The notes under the pieces are model-generated. The model was not told where the DNA came from. It did not search any database and saw only the letters and a list, made by a program, of their open reading frames with translations. A stretch of DNA of 64,000 nucleotides from the NCBI GenBank assembly GCA_964016885.1, contig OZ024743.1:155744001-155808000 (forward strand). The letters are read 5' to 3'. The position numbers were made by a program, and so were the translations under genes. The stretch comes from Eledone cirrhosa. Its lineage: Eukaryota. Below are positions 11,386 through 24,406 of this stretch, piece by piece; position 1 is the first letter of the stretch, and every line of letters begins with the position of its first letter.

Positions 11386-13853
11386 AGTTGTTAGCGTATA
11401 TGTTATTGATATAGCTGCGTCTGCTTAACCTGGACGTTAGAAGAGGACAAAATATGCTGCAGATTATGCATGTGGCTATGTAGAAGACAACATGAAGTTG
11501 TTATTTACTTAAGCCTGCTCTCTATCTGATTTTTTGATCGGTTATTAAACGGTTGCATAGATTTTCTTTGGCACAGTAGATCAGATATGAAGCATCTCTG
11601 TCTTCAGGTTGAGAAAACATAAACCATGCATTATAAAAAAAGTCCTTCTCTCTATCAGACAAATCCTGTTTATTGTCGTCATATGACTAGAACCTAGTGA
11701 CATTTGATTCCTTCTTAATTTCCCTATCTTATGTTCAGGCTGTAGTTCTTATCTCCTTCTGACTATTTACTTGTTTCGTGTTTAGAAGAGATAAGAACAA
11801 GTTTAAATGATATTCTTTCCCCCAAATTAGCGATTTAATATTGTAAGATTTTTAGTTAAAATAAAGTGAGCTTACCTTCCAAAATAAGTTTCAATACCGC
11901 GAAAGGGTCAGGGGATCGGTGGGACTTATTCGATTGTATTTTTTGCTGATATAATATTGCATTTGAAATCGAAACAAAACTTCGAGAGAAATAATGCAAG
12001 ACATTGTTTTCGAAGCTCTAATGAGTCAAATATTTCACGTTCATTTTATTTGCATATAGACACACAGAGTTTAGTACACATAATCACACACAACAAAAAC
12101 ACACATATACACACAGACACACTCACACACATACTGAAACATATATATTCCTATACTAATTCACCTGGGCAGGTAATGTTATTGTGAAAGCGGATATCTA
12201 ACTGTTTTCTATTTATATATATTTCTCTTAACTACCTACTTAAATCTACTTGAAATTACAGTCTGCTTCATATTGAAACGTAAGTCTTCCTCGGAGACTT
12301 TATAAGAATGCCACCATTTCTTGATCTGCTGCAGCACTTTACTATAGTATAAAATCAAGGGAAACATAAGTGTCACACTTAATTTAACGTAACGTTAGCT
12401 TTAAGCTTTAAAATCATATTACTGATGCAGGCATTGGAGCATCTATTACTTCTATTACTAAATATGTGGTAGAAAATCTTTTTCTAAGAGCTAAATAATA
12501 TGATATTATTTAAACTCTATTTATTTTATGTTTCACTTCTCTGAAGCATATTATTCTATGTAATGTGATTGGGGAAAGAATTTTCTGTCAATATTTCATC
12601 GCTCTAGGTCAACTTTTGTCAATGGAATAGAATCATAGCATTATTATTTTTCTGTGCCTACTATAACTAAGTATAAATTATCTTGCAGAGAGAGATATTT
12701 TCAGGTCTTTTTAGCTAATAATGTATGGGTCGGCTAAAGAATCTTAGTCTGTTGGACAGAGGGGCTTTTTCATCGTTATATTTATCACATTATATAAACA
12801 GTGTTAGGCTTTGCATTTTACACATCCTTGAGAAATTCACATTTGTGTTGTTACTATATAGTCCCATTTAGTCAAATAAATGAAATATGTGTTACCTCTG
12901 AGGTCGTTATTAGTTTCATTCTTTAATTAATGTTTCTGCTGGAAAACAATAGAAATATTTTTCGCATAAGAATATTTTTGTATTAATGGATGAACACAAC
13001 TGAAAGTTAAATGTCTACTTTCTATTCGAAGGAAGTGCTTTGGAGATACCTGAATCCAACTGGCAAAACATAATAGAGAGCAGCAATTATTTGAATCACG
13101 CATTCATTCATTTAAACATTCTGAGTGAAAACATTAATTTATCTTTTTATCAATTCTACACACTGAGTGAGCCATATAATAGATTATATATGCATTAGGA
13201 TTTTTTTCACATTGGTCTCGTTATCAGTCAGGTTGAAATTGAACACTTGCGATTTACCATTTCAGTTTTGTTTCCTTTACCAGATTTTATGATGCATCAT
13301 CAAAGATCATTATCTAAGTCTGATTCCCGTTACTGTGAACGAGCAAATCTCAGCTGATTAATTAATGCCAAATTATTAACTCCTATGAGAATACTTCATT
13401 TGAAAGAATTAGATATAAATTATATATTAAACAAACAACTATAAACTATTCGAATGTAAGAATAAAATGATATAAAAACAAACGGTATTTTCATCGCTAG
13501 CAAATTGTCAAGAGACTATATTTAATATGTAGTCACAATAATTGAATTTTTAAAATAGTTGATCCTTTTAATGAAATATTTTCTACAATTATTGAGATTC
13601 GGTGCAAATATCATTAGGAGGGCTATGTAGATCTGTGAATATTAGCCTCCATTGAAAGCCCATACAAATATGAGGAATTTGAGAATGATGCATACGTTGG
13701 ATAAATTGATTGAAAATATTGTTAGTGAAGATTTATGGCAAATGACTGTCTGAATCAAACAACATAGGAATCAGATTACATCCCGCAGACAGGCAGACTC
13801 ACACATACACACTCACAAACACACATACATATATATACAAGCTCACTCATACA

Positions 13854-16800
13854 TCTATTTATTAATTTGAAGACCGTCAGTATTCCGTGTGTCATAATTC
13901 TCGATTATCATTGGCTCATAGGTTTCAAGCGACTCCGCCCACCTCAACGACGCCAAACTGAAATTAATATGCATAATGCCAATGAGGGAGTGAGAGGGTA
14001 GAGTGCGAACGCTGTTTTCAATAACTATTAATATGTGTGCGTGTGTATGTACGTGCGCGTGTGTTTATGTGTGTGTGCGTGCGTGCAGCGTTCCACAGAA
14101 AATAAAAACTATCAATATGTGTGAGTGTGTGCGTGTGTAAATTTGCGTGCGTGTGCGCGTTTCCATGCGTGTATGTGTGTGGCGGTCCACAATCGCCACG
14201 CAGTTTATCTGTCTGTGTGCCTGTCTGTTAGTCTAACATACACAGAGTTGTGAAGGGAGTAAATAGGGACCCTTCTTTAAATTGACCGACATCTTTTATA
14301 TTTATTATTGTGTCATTTTTTGACAATTGCTCGAAAGGAATACTGATAATAAAAGTAATTCGACTTTATCAAACAGTGAACTACAGCGGCGACGGCGTGC
14401 AGCCAGCAATGAAGAAAAACGGGCCGAACAACGCAATCGGGACACCGAAAATCAGAGGCAAAGACGTGCCGCCATGAAAGCGGAGGAGCTGGCTGAACAA
14501 CGCCAACGAAACACAGGAGCCAAGCAGCGACGGCGTGCTGCGATGGTTGAAGACGAACTGGCTGAGCATCCTCAGCAGATTGCCAGAATTCAGGAGCAAC
14601 GGCGTGCGGCGATGGATGAAGAGGAGCTGGCTGAACAGCGTGAGCGCAATACAGAAGTTTAGAGTATGTGTCGACAAAGTGCTCCTCATTTCAGTAAAGA
14701 TGCTAGAAGGCGAACAAATGATATTAAAAATGGATCATGGCAACCGTGTCATTTTCAGATTGGTGGACGAGCAGAGTGTCCACATTGTGGAGCATTGCTT
14801 TGGAGGCACGAAAAGACGTGGACCACAATGTGCTGTCATAAAGGAGCAGTTCAACTAGAACCATTGCCAATGCCGGATGATGAGTCACCGGAGTTTAAAA
14901 TACTAAGTATGTGGCATGATCAAGGAGACCGAGGTAGATTACTGCGCAAATATTCGCGGAAAATTAACAATTAACTAGCTTTAGCATCGCAGAGAGTTAG
15001 TGAGATTTTTGAGAGTGGACCATGGAAACCGTAAGTAGTGATTTTAAGGCCATTTGTATCATTGTATCGGTAATTTAGAAGTTACCCCAGGAGAGAGGCC
15101 TCGATTCGCTCAAATTGACGTTAACGATCCAGATTATAGTGAATCGGAGGAGGATATCAGGATCGGTTGGATGAAGTTGCCGGGAAATATAACTGAACTT
15201 GAACGGCAAAGGTTAAGTGATTTGATCCGTGATTTGCAATCATGGCTTAGACCTTATGTTATGGATTTCATGTTGGTGACTGAACTGCAAAATGTTCAGC
15301 AGCAAACAGTGGTGATTAAGGCTGACGCAGTGTCAAGGAATCAACACGAACGGCGATATAATGCCCCTGAAGGATTTCGTGAAGTTGCTGTGTTAATGGA
15401 CGATAAGCCTGGATCGAGAGATATCGTCCTCAATCGCAGAGATGGTGGTTTCAAGACTATCAATGAATCAAATAGGGCATACGATCCATTGCATTATGTT
15501 CTTTTATTCCCAAAAGGTGAAAATGGATGGAACATATCTGTTCATTTAGATGATCATGAGAATCAGCATGAATAGGGTGGTGGCAATAGACACAATAATT
15601 CGATACGCGACTTTTACGCGTTCCATTTGAACGAGAGAAATCAACAGAGAAATGCGCTATTTCAAGCCAGCAGATTGTTCCAGGAATACTGTTGTATGGC
15701 ATTCGCAAAGATCGAAAATCAAAGGCTAAATTATATAGCTACATATCAACAACATATCAGAGTTGAATGGTATAGTAATATACAGGATGCGATAACAGCC
15801 GATGATGCCAATTACAAGCAAATTTGTCGACGCAAGATTTTGTCATCGTCGTTCATCGGCGGCCCGAGATATATGAACATTCGCTATCAGGATGCAATGG
15901 CTATTGTCAGAAAGTTTGAAAAGCCAGATTTGTTTATAACGGTTACATGCAATCCTGAATGGACTGATATTAAGGATGCACTTTTGCCAGGACAACAGCC
16001 AAAGGACCGTCCGGATATTGTGGCAAGATTATTCAAAGGATATCTGAAAAAGATGATGGATGATGTGGAAAATGAGGGAATCTTTGGAGGTATAGTTGCT
16101 TTCACATGCGTAATTGAATTCCTAAAAAGAGGATTTCCACATGCACATTTGCTGATCATTTTACTTAGAGATTGCAAATTGAGATGTGCTGAGGATGTCG
16201 AGAGCATTGTGTGTGCTGTACTGTCGGAGAATGAGGCACTACTCAACTTGGTGGCATAGTCAATGGTTCTCAACCAATGCAGAGTGACACATCGGAAAGC
16301 GCCTTGCATGAAAAATGGCCAATGCAGTAAGCACTTTCCGAAATATTTGTCACGATCACTTCCAGGAACGATGGGAATGCTCACCCCTCATACAGAAGAC
16401 GGGCGCCTGCCTATGGCGGTTTGGTTGAAAATGTAAACGGTCGACAGGTTACAAATCAATGGGTTGTGCCATATAATCCATATTTGATTATGAAATATCG
16501 TTGTCATATAAATGTGGAAATGTGTAGCTCAGTGAAAGCTTGCAAATATCTATTCAAATATGTGTACAAAGGTCATGATCGCGCAATGGTCAATGTCAGG
16601 AATGATGAAGCGAACCAAGGAGATGAAGTTGTCAGGTTCCAGGATGTTCGCTCGATTGGATCTGGCGATGCTTGCTGGAGATTGTTCGATTTTCATCTAA
16701 ATGAACGCAAACCCAGCGTTTAGAAACTGACGGTTCACTTAGAGAATAGGCAAATGGTCTGTTTTCAGGACACTAGTAGATGTATCGAAATAATTGCTAA

Positions 16801-19449
16801 CGCACCGCCTCCTAAAACGGAATTGACTGAGTGGTTCAAGCATAATAGGGAACATGCTTTGAACCCGGATCAAAGGCAACTCTACTGCGATTTCCCTTCG
16901 CACTATACGTGGGATAAGAAGGGAAAGAAATGGAATGTTAGAAAACAAAAGTTGAGATTCATGACTATTGGACGGGTTTGTAATGTCCATCCAGCATCTG
17001 GTGATGTGTTTTATCTCAGAATTCTGTTGCATAATGATATTTCGAGAGGTAAACAGAGCTTCGCTGATTTGAAAACAATCAATGGCGTTTAGTATGAAAC
17101 ATACCAGGCTGTGTGTCAGCATCTGGGACTCCTTCAGGATGACGCTGAATGGAATAACGCCATGGAAGATGCAGGAACAACACAGATGCCAGCTCAAATA
17201 AGGCAGTTGTTTGTCACGATTGTAGGATTCTGCAAATCTGCCGATCCAAGAGAGTTATTTGGACGCCATTGGGGAATTATGGCTGATGATTTTAGGCATC
17301 ATCTTCAGGTCGATGATGACAATTTGATGAAAGCTATTGTTTTGCCTAATATTAAGCAACTGCTTGAAGTTCATTTCAAATGTTTAACAGATTTCAATTT
17401 GCCAATTCCTGATGAAGAAATTCGGCAACGTGTCTTAGCATTGAACATGAGATTGCAGCTTAAACGTTTGCCACACGATCGGAGGGAACTATTCCAGTTT
17501 GATCCACTGGAACAGCAACGTATTGTGGATGAACGTATGCCAATGTTGATCCAATCTCAGAGAGAATTGGTCGATGGCGTTCTCCACTCGATTTCCACTA
17601 ATGAGAAACTTTGTGCTTTCATAGATGCTCCAGGAGACAACGGAAAGACATTCTGTTTCAACACTATGTTATCAGTAGGCAGAGCTCACAGGAAGATTGC
17701 TCTCCTTGTGGCCACCAGTGGGGTCGCTGCCACCTTGCCGAGAGGTGGAAGGACCTTCCATCATGCTTCAAGGCTCCATTGGCTCCGGATGAGTTGAGTG
17801 TCTGTAACATTACAGGACAAAGTGAACTCGCGGGCTTTATAAACAATACCCCTCTGATTATTTGGGACAAGGCTCCAATGGCACACATATTTTTGCTGGA
17901 GGCATTGGACAGAACTTTGAGAGATACCTGCGGTAGTGACCTGCCATTCGGTGGTAAGACTATCGTTCTTGGTGGCGATTTCAGGCAGGTGCTACCAATT
18001 GTTAGGAATCCTCAAAGAGCGCAAACTGTCTGAAAAAGTCCCCGTTGTGGGGCCATTTCAGAGTTTTGCGATTACACGATAATATGCGACTTCGTATGTT
18101 CGGGCAAAACGAAGAGCATGAGACATACGGCCGATGGTTGATGCGGTGGAGAAACAATGAATTTCCACACGTTGGTGATAATCAGACTGTAAGAATCCCA
18201 GACCATTTGTTCATGCCACTGGACCGGCAAGCATTGATTTACTGGGTGTTCCCTAATTTGAATGCTTTTTGGCAGAATATCTCCTGGATATCGGAACGCG
18301 TTATTCTAACTCATACGAATGCAACGGTCAATGAAATAAATTCAAATGTAGCCGGAATGTTTCCTGGAGAAGAATGGATGTCCGCAGTGAGGATGCAATG
18401 GAGCCTAATCAGCAGAACAATATGAATGTTCCGACTGAATATCTGAATTCATTTCAAATACCCGGATTTGCCCCACATATTTTGAGGTTGAATAAGGGTA
18501 TGCCGATTATATTTCTTAGAAATATCAATCATAAAATGGGTATTTGCAATGGTACCAGATTGATTGTTGAGAGATTGATTAACGGAAGAGTTTTAGAAGC
18601 TAAACTCCCAGGCAGAGAGGAATCGGCTCTCATTCCGAGGATCATTCTGAGACCAAGTGAAGATGCGTTGCCATTCATTTGGCAAAAGAGCCAGTTTACC
18701 GTCAATTTGGTCTTCTCCATGACTGTGAACAAGACACAGGGACATACCTTCAAGCGAGTCGGTGTCTACTTGAATGATCCAGCATTCAGCCATGGGCAAC
18801 TGTATGTTGCTGCATCTCGAGTGTGCGATCCTGATGGTATAACATTTGCAATTGATACCACTAACAGAGGAACAACCCTGAATATTGTCTACAATGAAGC
18901 TTTGAGCTGATGTATGCATATCGTTAATGCTATCAATAAGCGACGTAAATGATTCGGACATTGGTGTCCTTTGATCAGTATTGTGAGCTTTGACAGAGTT
19001 ACCAATGATGTTCAGTGTCATTTAATTTCGTTATGAGCAATAACACAAACACGTATTGGTAGAAATTGCCCTCAAATTTATCGCTTCTGATTGCAGTGGT
19101 AATAAAACCTCATCATATACTGAGTCTGACAAAAGTTTTGGTGCCTATATCAGGCCAGGGCTAGAGAAATATTGTAAAAAGTAGAAGGATACGCCATTTG
19201 GAGTTCAAACCAGGCCACTTCTCCGAGTTGAACTCTGAGCAATATTGACTGTCTATTACTCAGTGGCTATGACCTGGAAATTATTTTTGTGTCATATAAT
19301 TTGTCATATAATTTGTTCTTTTATTATAATAGCTGACCACTTATAGATAAGCATGTTATCCATATCCATATTAATTTGGCATTTGTATAAACCATTTCAA
19401 GTAAATAGGGACCTTTTTTTACATTGATGGACATATTTTATATTTATTA
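13854..19449 (+). mobile_element. Helitron (autonomous type, decayed)
   Basis: Candidate 5' end A^TCTATTTATTAAT at 13854; encloses the RepHel pseudo-ORF. No clear 3' hairpin plus CTRR before 19450. Confidence 0.85.
14327..18910 (+). pseudogene. Helitron Rep/Helicase (HUH Rep plus Pif1-family SF1 helicase), disrupted
   Basis: CPHCGALLWRHE..CCHKG; YDPLHYVLLFPKGENGW; PDLFITVTCNPEW; VIEFLKRGFPHAHLLI (HUH); KYLFKYVYKG; APGDNGKTF; IIWDKAPM; FGGKTIVLGGDFRQVLP; CNGTRL; MTVNKTQG; FSHGQLYVAASRV. Split over about 11 ORFs. Confidence 0.96.
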
Positions 19450-19811
19450 TCTATATCTATATCTACATATATTATAAAAGATTGGAACTTCCATCATCCT
19501 TTTGAGAAACTTGGAACAACCACGTCTATGCAATGATACACGTTTTTTACAGTCAGGCAGAAGATGAACCATCTCCTCGAGGTCACTATACTAAGTGGGA
19601 GCACGTAGAATTGTTCATATACTATGCACAAACCGTAGAACGAAGAATCTGGTATATCTGGAATATTTTTTTTTACTGTTTTTTGTATCACACAGACAAC
19701 ACGGACTCGCCTCATATTGTAACCAGACAAACATCCACTACAGTCATTTTATCTTTTACCTGTCATCTCTTATCATCTGTTTTCCCGGGCCAAGCTGGGT
19801 ACGTCAGCTAG
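19450..19811 (+). mobile_element. Short non-autonomous Helitron (or the 3' terminus of the large one)
   Basis: Starts A^TCTATATCTATATCTACATATATTATAAAAG; ends with the GC-rich hairpin cccgggccaagctggg (19784-19799) and then CTAG^T (19808-19811). Confidence 0.75.
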
Positions 19812-19813
19812 TA

Positions 19814-22340
19814 TCTACCAATGTATAATGCTCTTGTGTTTTTGTCCGTCACAAGAGATGACTGACGGAGGAATCTGTGTTGACCAAACTCCAGAAAATG
19901 GCGTCTCTGTGTGTATATGTATAGCCAATTGGCTACGCACATTGGTTATATGATTAGGTGAGTGTTTGTGTGTGTATATGTATGTGTGTTAGTCTAAAAT
20001 ATATTTATATACAATATTTAATTTAGTGTAGATGTGTGTGTGTATGTTTATTTAGAAAGTTACATAGACAAGAGAATTACAGATACATGCGCATTCAGAC
20101 ATACATATATATAAACAGTCACATTTAAAAAATAATTATTACATGCACACACCCACCTATGTGATGAGATGGAAGATAGATTGCTGTGACAAAGTATAGA
20201 AAACAGTGAATAGCGTCGCTACACATGTGTTACTCACACTTCTACACATACTCACATACACACACACATACACACATAATCACACACACACATATCTTTT
20301 CTCTAATGAGTGTGTTTATGTATATGTTTGTGTAGATAGGTGTATCTGTAATTATTTTTTCAACCAGCGTTCTTTCAATAACTGCATATACATAAACTAA
20401 CCAGATTTCTTTCAATAACTAAAATCAAATGCATTCAAATACGATGATTGTTGTTACATCTCAAAATACAATCATTAGATAACATTAAAAAAGTGCATTC
20501 ACTTGAATTACCATCCATATTCTATGTATGTTAAAAAATAATTATTAAAATCACACACATTAAACATCATTATTAGAGCTAGGTCTGAGTTCAAATCCCG
20601 CCGAGGTTGACTTTAACTTTCATCCTTACGGGGTCGATAAAATAAAGTACCAGTAATGCACTGGGTAATTGCTGGCCTTGTGCCTTAAGTAGAAACAATT
20701 ATTAGAGCTAGAGAAAATAATGATTGCCTGAGTTTATCAAGAATATAAAACGATCACAGTTGAAATATATATTATGAATACACATCTAGCCTTAATTTAA
20801 CAGTTCATAAATGTGTCTAATTTATTTATATTAAAAAATGTATGTAATACATTTTGAATAGGGAGTTTTTACAACATAAAATATAAGTCACCGTCTGCTT
20901 ATTGTGGCTTTAAGTAGTGCGAGTTTAGTACGAGTTTAGTAATGGAGAAAACAAGCTAAGAGTGGAAGACAGAGCAATAGAAGTGGAAGACTTTCAGCTG
21001 AAATATCTGCTGCCATCATAAACCAAGACATAATTCGACAAGTATATAGCCTTGAAAATGAAACTGATTTTGCAATTTATGCAAGTAGAGAATATCAGAG
21101 AGAAAGAGGTATGCAAACAATTGCAAAAGAAACAGAAAAGTAGACTATCCAAAGAGGGCAAAGGAATACCAGTGCAATAAGAGCTGCCCGTGTAAATGAT
21201 GCAGGTGTTATACCTAATACTATACCTTTTTTCCATGTCAAACAGCCTCCAGTAGACCAGATTTAGTGGCCCGGTGTTCAATATTAAGTTGCAGGAATTA
21301 TAATTGATGTAACAAAAGGAAACGTGGTTGCCCGAGTCGTCTCACATTGTTACAACATAGACTTTCAGAAGAGAGGACTGCCGCGTAGCCCATTTGTTAT
21401 TAATATCTCATTAAAAAAATTGACAAAATTGAGTGTGCTGAAATTACTGACCCAGAGAGAAATCCAGTACTTTATGAAATTGTTAAGAAATGAATGATTC
21501 ACGGTCATTGCGGTGAGCAAAACCCTAACGTGCCATGCATGAAATATACGAACTGCTTAAAAAGCTTTCTCAAACAATTTCAACAGGAAACCTTTAACAG
21601 TCGAGATAGTTATCCATCTTACAGAAGGCGCCTGGAATCAGAAAGTAGTGGGCAACCGAGATGTTGTACCTTATAATAAATATCTAAGTCACAAATACTA
21701 CTGCCTCGTCAATGTAGAAATGTGCGCCTTCATCCGCTCCGTGAAATATGTATATAAATACATATATAAAGGCTATGAATCCATAACCGTGTACATCAGC
21801 GAAGCAACTGTCAGAAATGTCATAATTCATGATGAAATTAAGAATTTTCCAGACGTCAGATGTGAGAGTGCTCCAGAATGAATTTGGAGATGGCTTGAAT
21901 TCAAAATGCATGACAAATCCGACACAATTGTTCAAATCCCGCAGGAACAGCCTGTCTATTTTGAGGAGCGACAAGAAAGACGAACGCTAGAAGGAGCTGA
22001 GCAACGCAACACTCTTCCAACAACTTGGTTCTTGCTAAAATAAATTGATGAAAATGCAAGATAATATCTCTTAAGTCTACAATAAGAAAACAACGAGAGA
22101 ACAATCCCAAACAACGTGGATATGACAAATCATAAGTCAAATGAATTCTGTTAACCCTAAATGTCAGAAGAGATTTTACATGAGACTTTTGTTGCTGCTC
22201 GAAGTTTTGAAGAACTGAAAACCGTGGATGAGGTCATATGCGGCAGCTATAAAGAAAAAAAAGCGTGTCGGCAGTTGGTTCAAAATGACAATGAATGGAG
22301 AAGATGTTTAGAATAGGCTCCTTCGACAAATATGCCAATA
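19814..22340 (+). mobile_element. Second, older Helitron with decayed Rep region
   Basis: TCTACCAATGTATAATG start directly after the CTAG; DFQKRGLP, MIHGHCG..PCMK..CLKSF..YPSYRRR, VVPYNKYLSHKYYCLVNVEMC..VKYVYKYIYKG, SFEELKTVD, NDNEWRRCL at 21360-22340. Linking the start to the Rep remnants is inferred. Confidence 0.7.
20583..20704 (+). mobile_element. SINE (5'-truncated)
   Basis: gagttcaaatcccgccgagg (B-box-like GTTCAAATCC)..gtaccagtaatgcactggg..gtagaaacaattatta. Confidence 0.85.
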
Positions 22341-22354
22341 ATAATAAAAATGAT

Positions 22355-22864
22355 GGAAACTTATTATTAAGTGTAAGCCATACGCAAATGGGAATCCGTC
22401 TTATGGCCTGTGCATTGAAGGAATAATTAGTATCTTGAGAAGAGGGCGTAATAGCGCCTGTCTAAATGCAAGGAATGAATGTTTTTCACGCTGTCCAAAC
22501 GTCTGGAAACACCTATTACATAAATACAAAGCTCTAGATTGATGAATATGAACAATTTATAATATTCTGGACTGAATAATATACGTAATATATAATTATT
22601 CTGAGTAGCCACAATTATCTCACCTCTCACCGATCTATCACGGGTTTGTCTCCCCTTTCAGAAGTGACTGATTCTGCATATGCGTATTCGTACATTGTTT
22701 TTCCTTTTGCGTACAACTTTATTTAAACCAAGCTGAAGATCTGAATAAGGTGAAACAGTTGTTCCCGGTAATGGTTAAACAACTGTTGTGAAACCCACTA
22801 CTACAAAACTCATCCCATGGACTCAGTGCTCTACTTCCACGGATATAACCCACCAATGTTCGAC

Positions 22865-22867
<3 letters not shown>
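22355..22867 (+). mobile_element. PLE pLTR fragment (same family as 9204-10800)
   Basis: Encodes GLCIEG..LNARNECFSRCP (endonuclease C-terminus); similar to 10495-10800 and to the reverse complement of 9204-9340; ends in (TA)n. Confidence 0.75.
22727..22769 (+). ncRNA. Minimal type I hammerhead motif, stem I degraded
   Basis: ACCAAG CUGAAGA UCUGAAUAAGGU GAAA CAGUUG UU CCCGGU. Confidence 0.55.
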
Positions 22868-22905
<38 letters not shown>

Positions 22906-22906
<1 letters not shown>

Positions 22907-23406
22907 CGTTTCTGAATTTCGGTTCTGAATTTCGGTTCTGAATCACAGAGGCAATAAACATAAAAGAATTACAACCAAAATTAAATAGAAAATATGAGTG
23001 GAACAGCAACATCACAACTTACAATTAAGGACAAAATGAAAACACACACACACATAGAACAAACAACCAACCGGTAGCATGTAAATAAACAAATATAAAC
23101 ACACACAGACACCTGGATGTGGCGCATGCGCAGACTGAGCACACAACACACACACAGAAACAAAATGGCGTAGGACAGAACAAAGGAGAGGCACACAAAT
23201 AAAGAAAAGAATCCCCACTCACTGAAGAGGTCACATAATATGTGACGAAAGAACTTTGACAATATATATAAACAACTATCTGGTTGTGGAACCAACCAAC
23301 CAACCAGACATTTATAAATTCCTAAATTTATAAATTTATTATAATAAATTAAAGTGAAACAGCTGGTGCGTGTGTTCCGTATTGGCAACATGACCCTCCC
23401 AAAGTA

Positions 23407-23410
<4 letters not shown>
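22906..23410 (+). mobile_element. Solo PLE pLTR-like repeat between (TA)n tracts
   Basis: 23130-23410 closely matches the reverse complement of 60760-61034, which abuts a PLE RT; contains a hammerhead motif. Confidence 0.75.
23218..23260 (+). ncRNA. Type I hammerhead ribozyme motif
   Basis: CUCA CUGAAGA G GUCACAU-AAU-AUGUGAC GAAA GAAC UU UGAC; perfect 7-bp stem II. Combined with the 60910 copy, consensus stem I is GUCA/UGAC. Confidence 0.7.
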
Positions 23411-23446
<36 letters not shown>

Positions 23447-23504
23447 TATATATATATACAGTTCTAAGACAATAGTACATAATCGAGCTGCCGACACCAC
23501 CCCT

Positions 23505-23682
23505 ACGTCGTAAATGTCGTACAGCATCCAGCTGTAGAAAACCTCCCAGAAACAGTCCCGAATGAGCGAGACTCGGTAAACCGACCCACATTGCCCCTCT
23601 ATGGGACAAACCCGTCTAACGCATGCTAGCGTGGGAAATAGACGTTATACGATAATGATGAGGAGGAGAATGATGATGATAA
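23505..23682 (+). mobile_element. 3' part of a second SINE-like family with a (GAT)n-type tail
   Basis: gcatccagctgtagaaacc..ccgtctaacgcatgctagcgtggg..gacgttatacgataatgatgagg; resembles RTE-type tails. Recognised from memory, single copy in this window. Confidence 0.45.
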
Positions 23683-24343
23683 TAGTTCAGTAATTAGAGA
23701 TACAATTCGGGATAATAGACTTTTGAAAACATACAAATATATATGGTACATTCATATACGTTAAACATATAGGTGACCTCGCTGTCGAATTTCTCTTTTT
23801 TTTCTAACGACTCAAAACGAAAAAAACTTCATATTTCTCACTAATTTCATCGGTAAATATAACAGCGAGTTACCAATACCGAACAAAATAGAGAAAATCA
23901 TATCTTTTTCGTTTCGTTTGTTGCAAGAAGATCGTAAATTAAATACTTTCAAAGTCATGCCTCGCCCCTCACTCCGTTTGTTTTCCTGCATAAGCCAAAT
24001 AAGAAATGTTCAAACAAAACAATCACATTTATCGTAAAGTTTATTCTGTTAATAATCAATTGAACACATTTTAAATACAAATAATTCCTAATAGTAGCAT
24101 AAATACAAAGATGTGTTTCCAGGTAATTTTAATTGAATCTATTACATACACAGTAGGAAAACACATTTCTTTGTGTTGGGTTATTTACTTCCTGGCATGA
24201 ATCAAAATAACTCTTATGATGCTGTGATCTGTAAACACATGGTTCCCACTTTTGTAGTATTAAATTCAGTGATGGCATCATTTTTATATATTTCTTATCT
24301 GATATATGCATAGTTTTATTGTTCTACAATATTACTCGCCTTC

Positions 24344-24345
<2 letters not shown>

Positions 24346-24404
<59 letters not shown>
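24346..24404. repeat. (TA)n microsatellite
   Basis: Directly visible. Confidence 0.97.

Positions 24405-24406
<2 letters not shown>

Noticed and set aside
20583-20620. GTTCAAATCC as a tRNA T-arm
   Set aside because: No cloverleaf; it is the B-box of a SINE repeated about ten times in the window.
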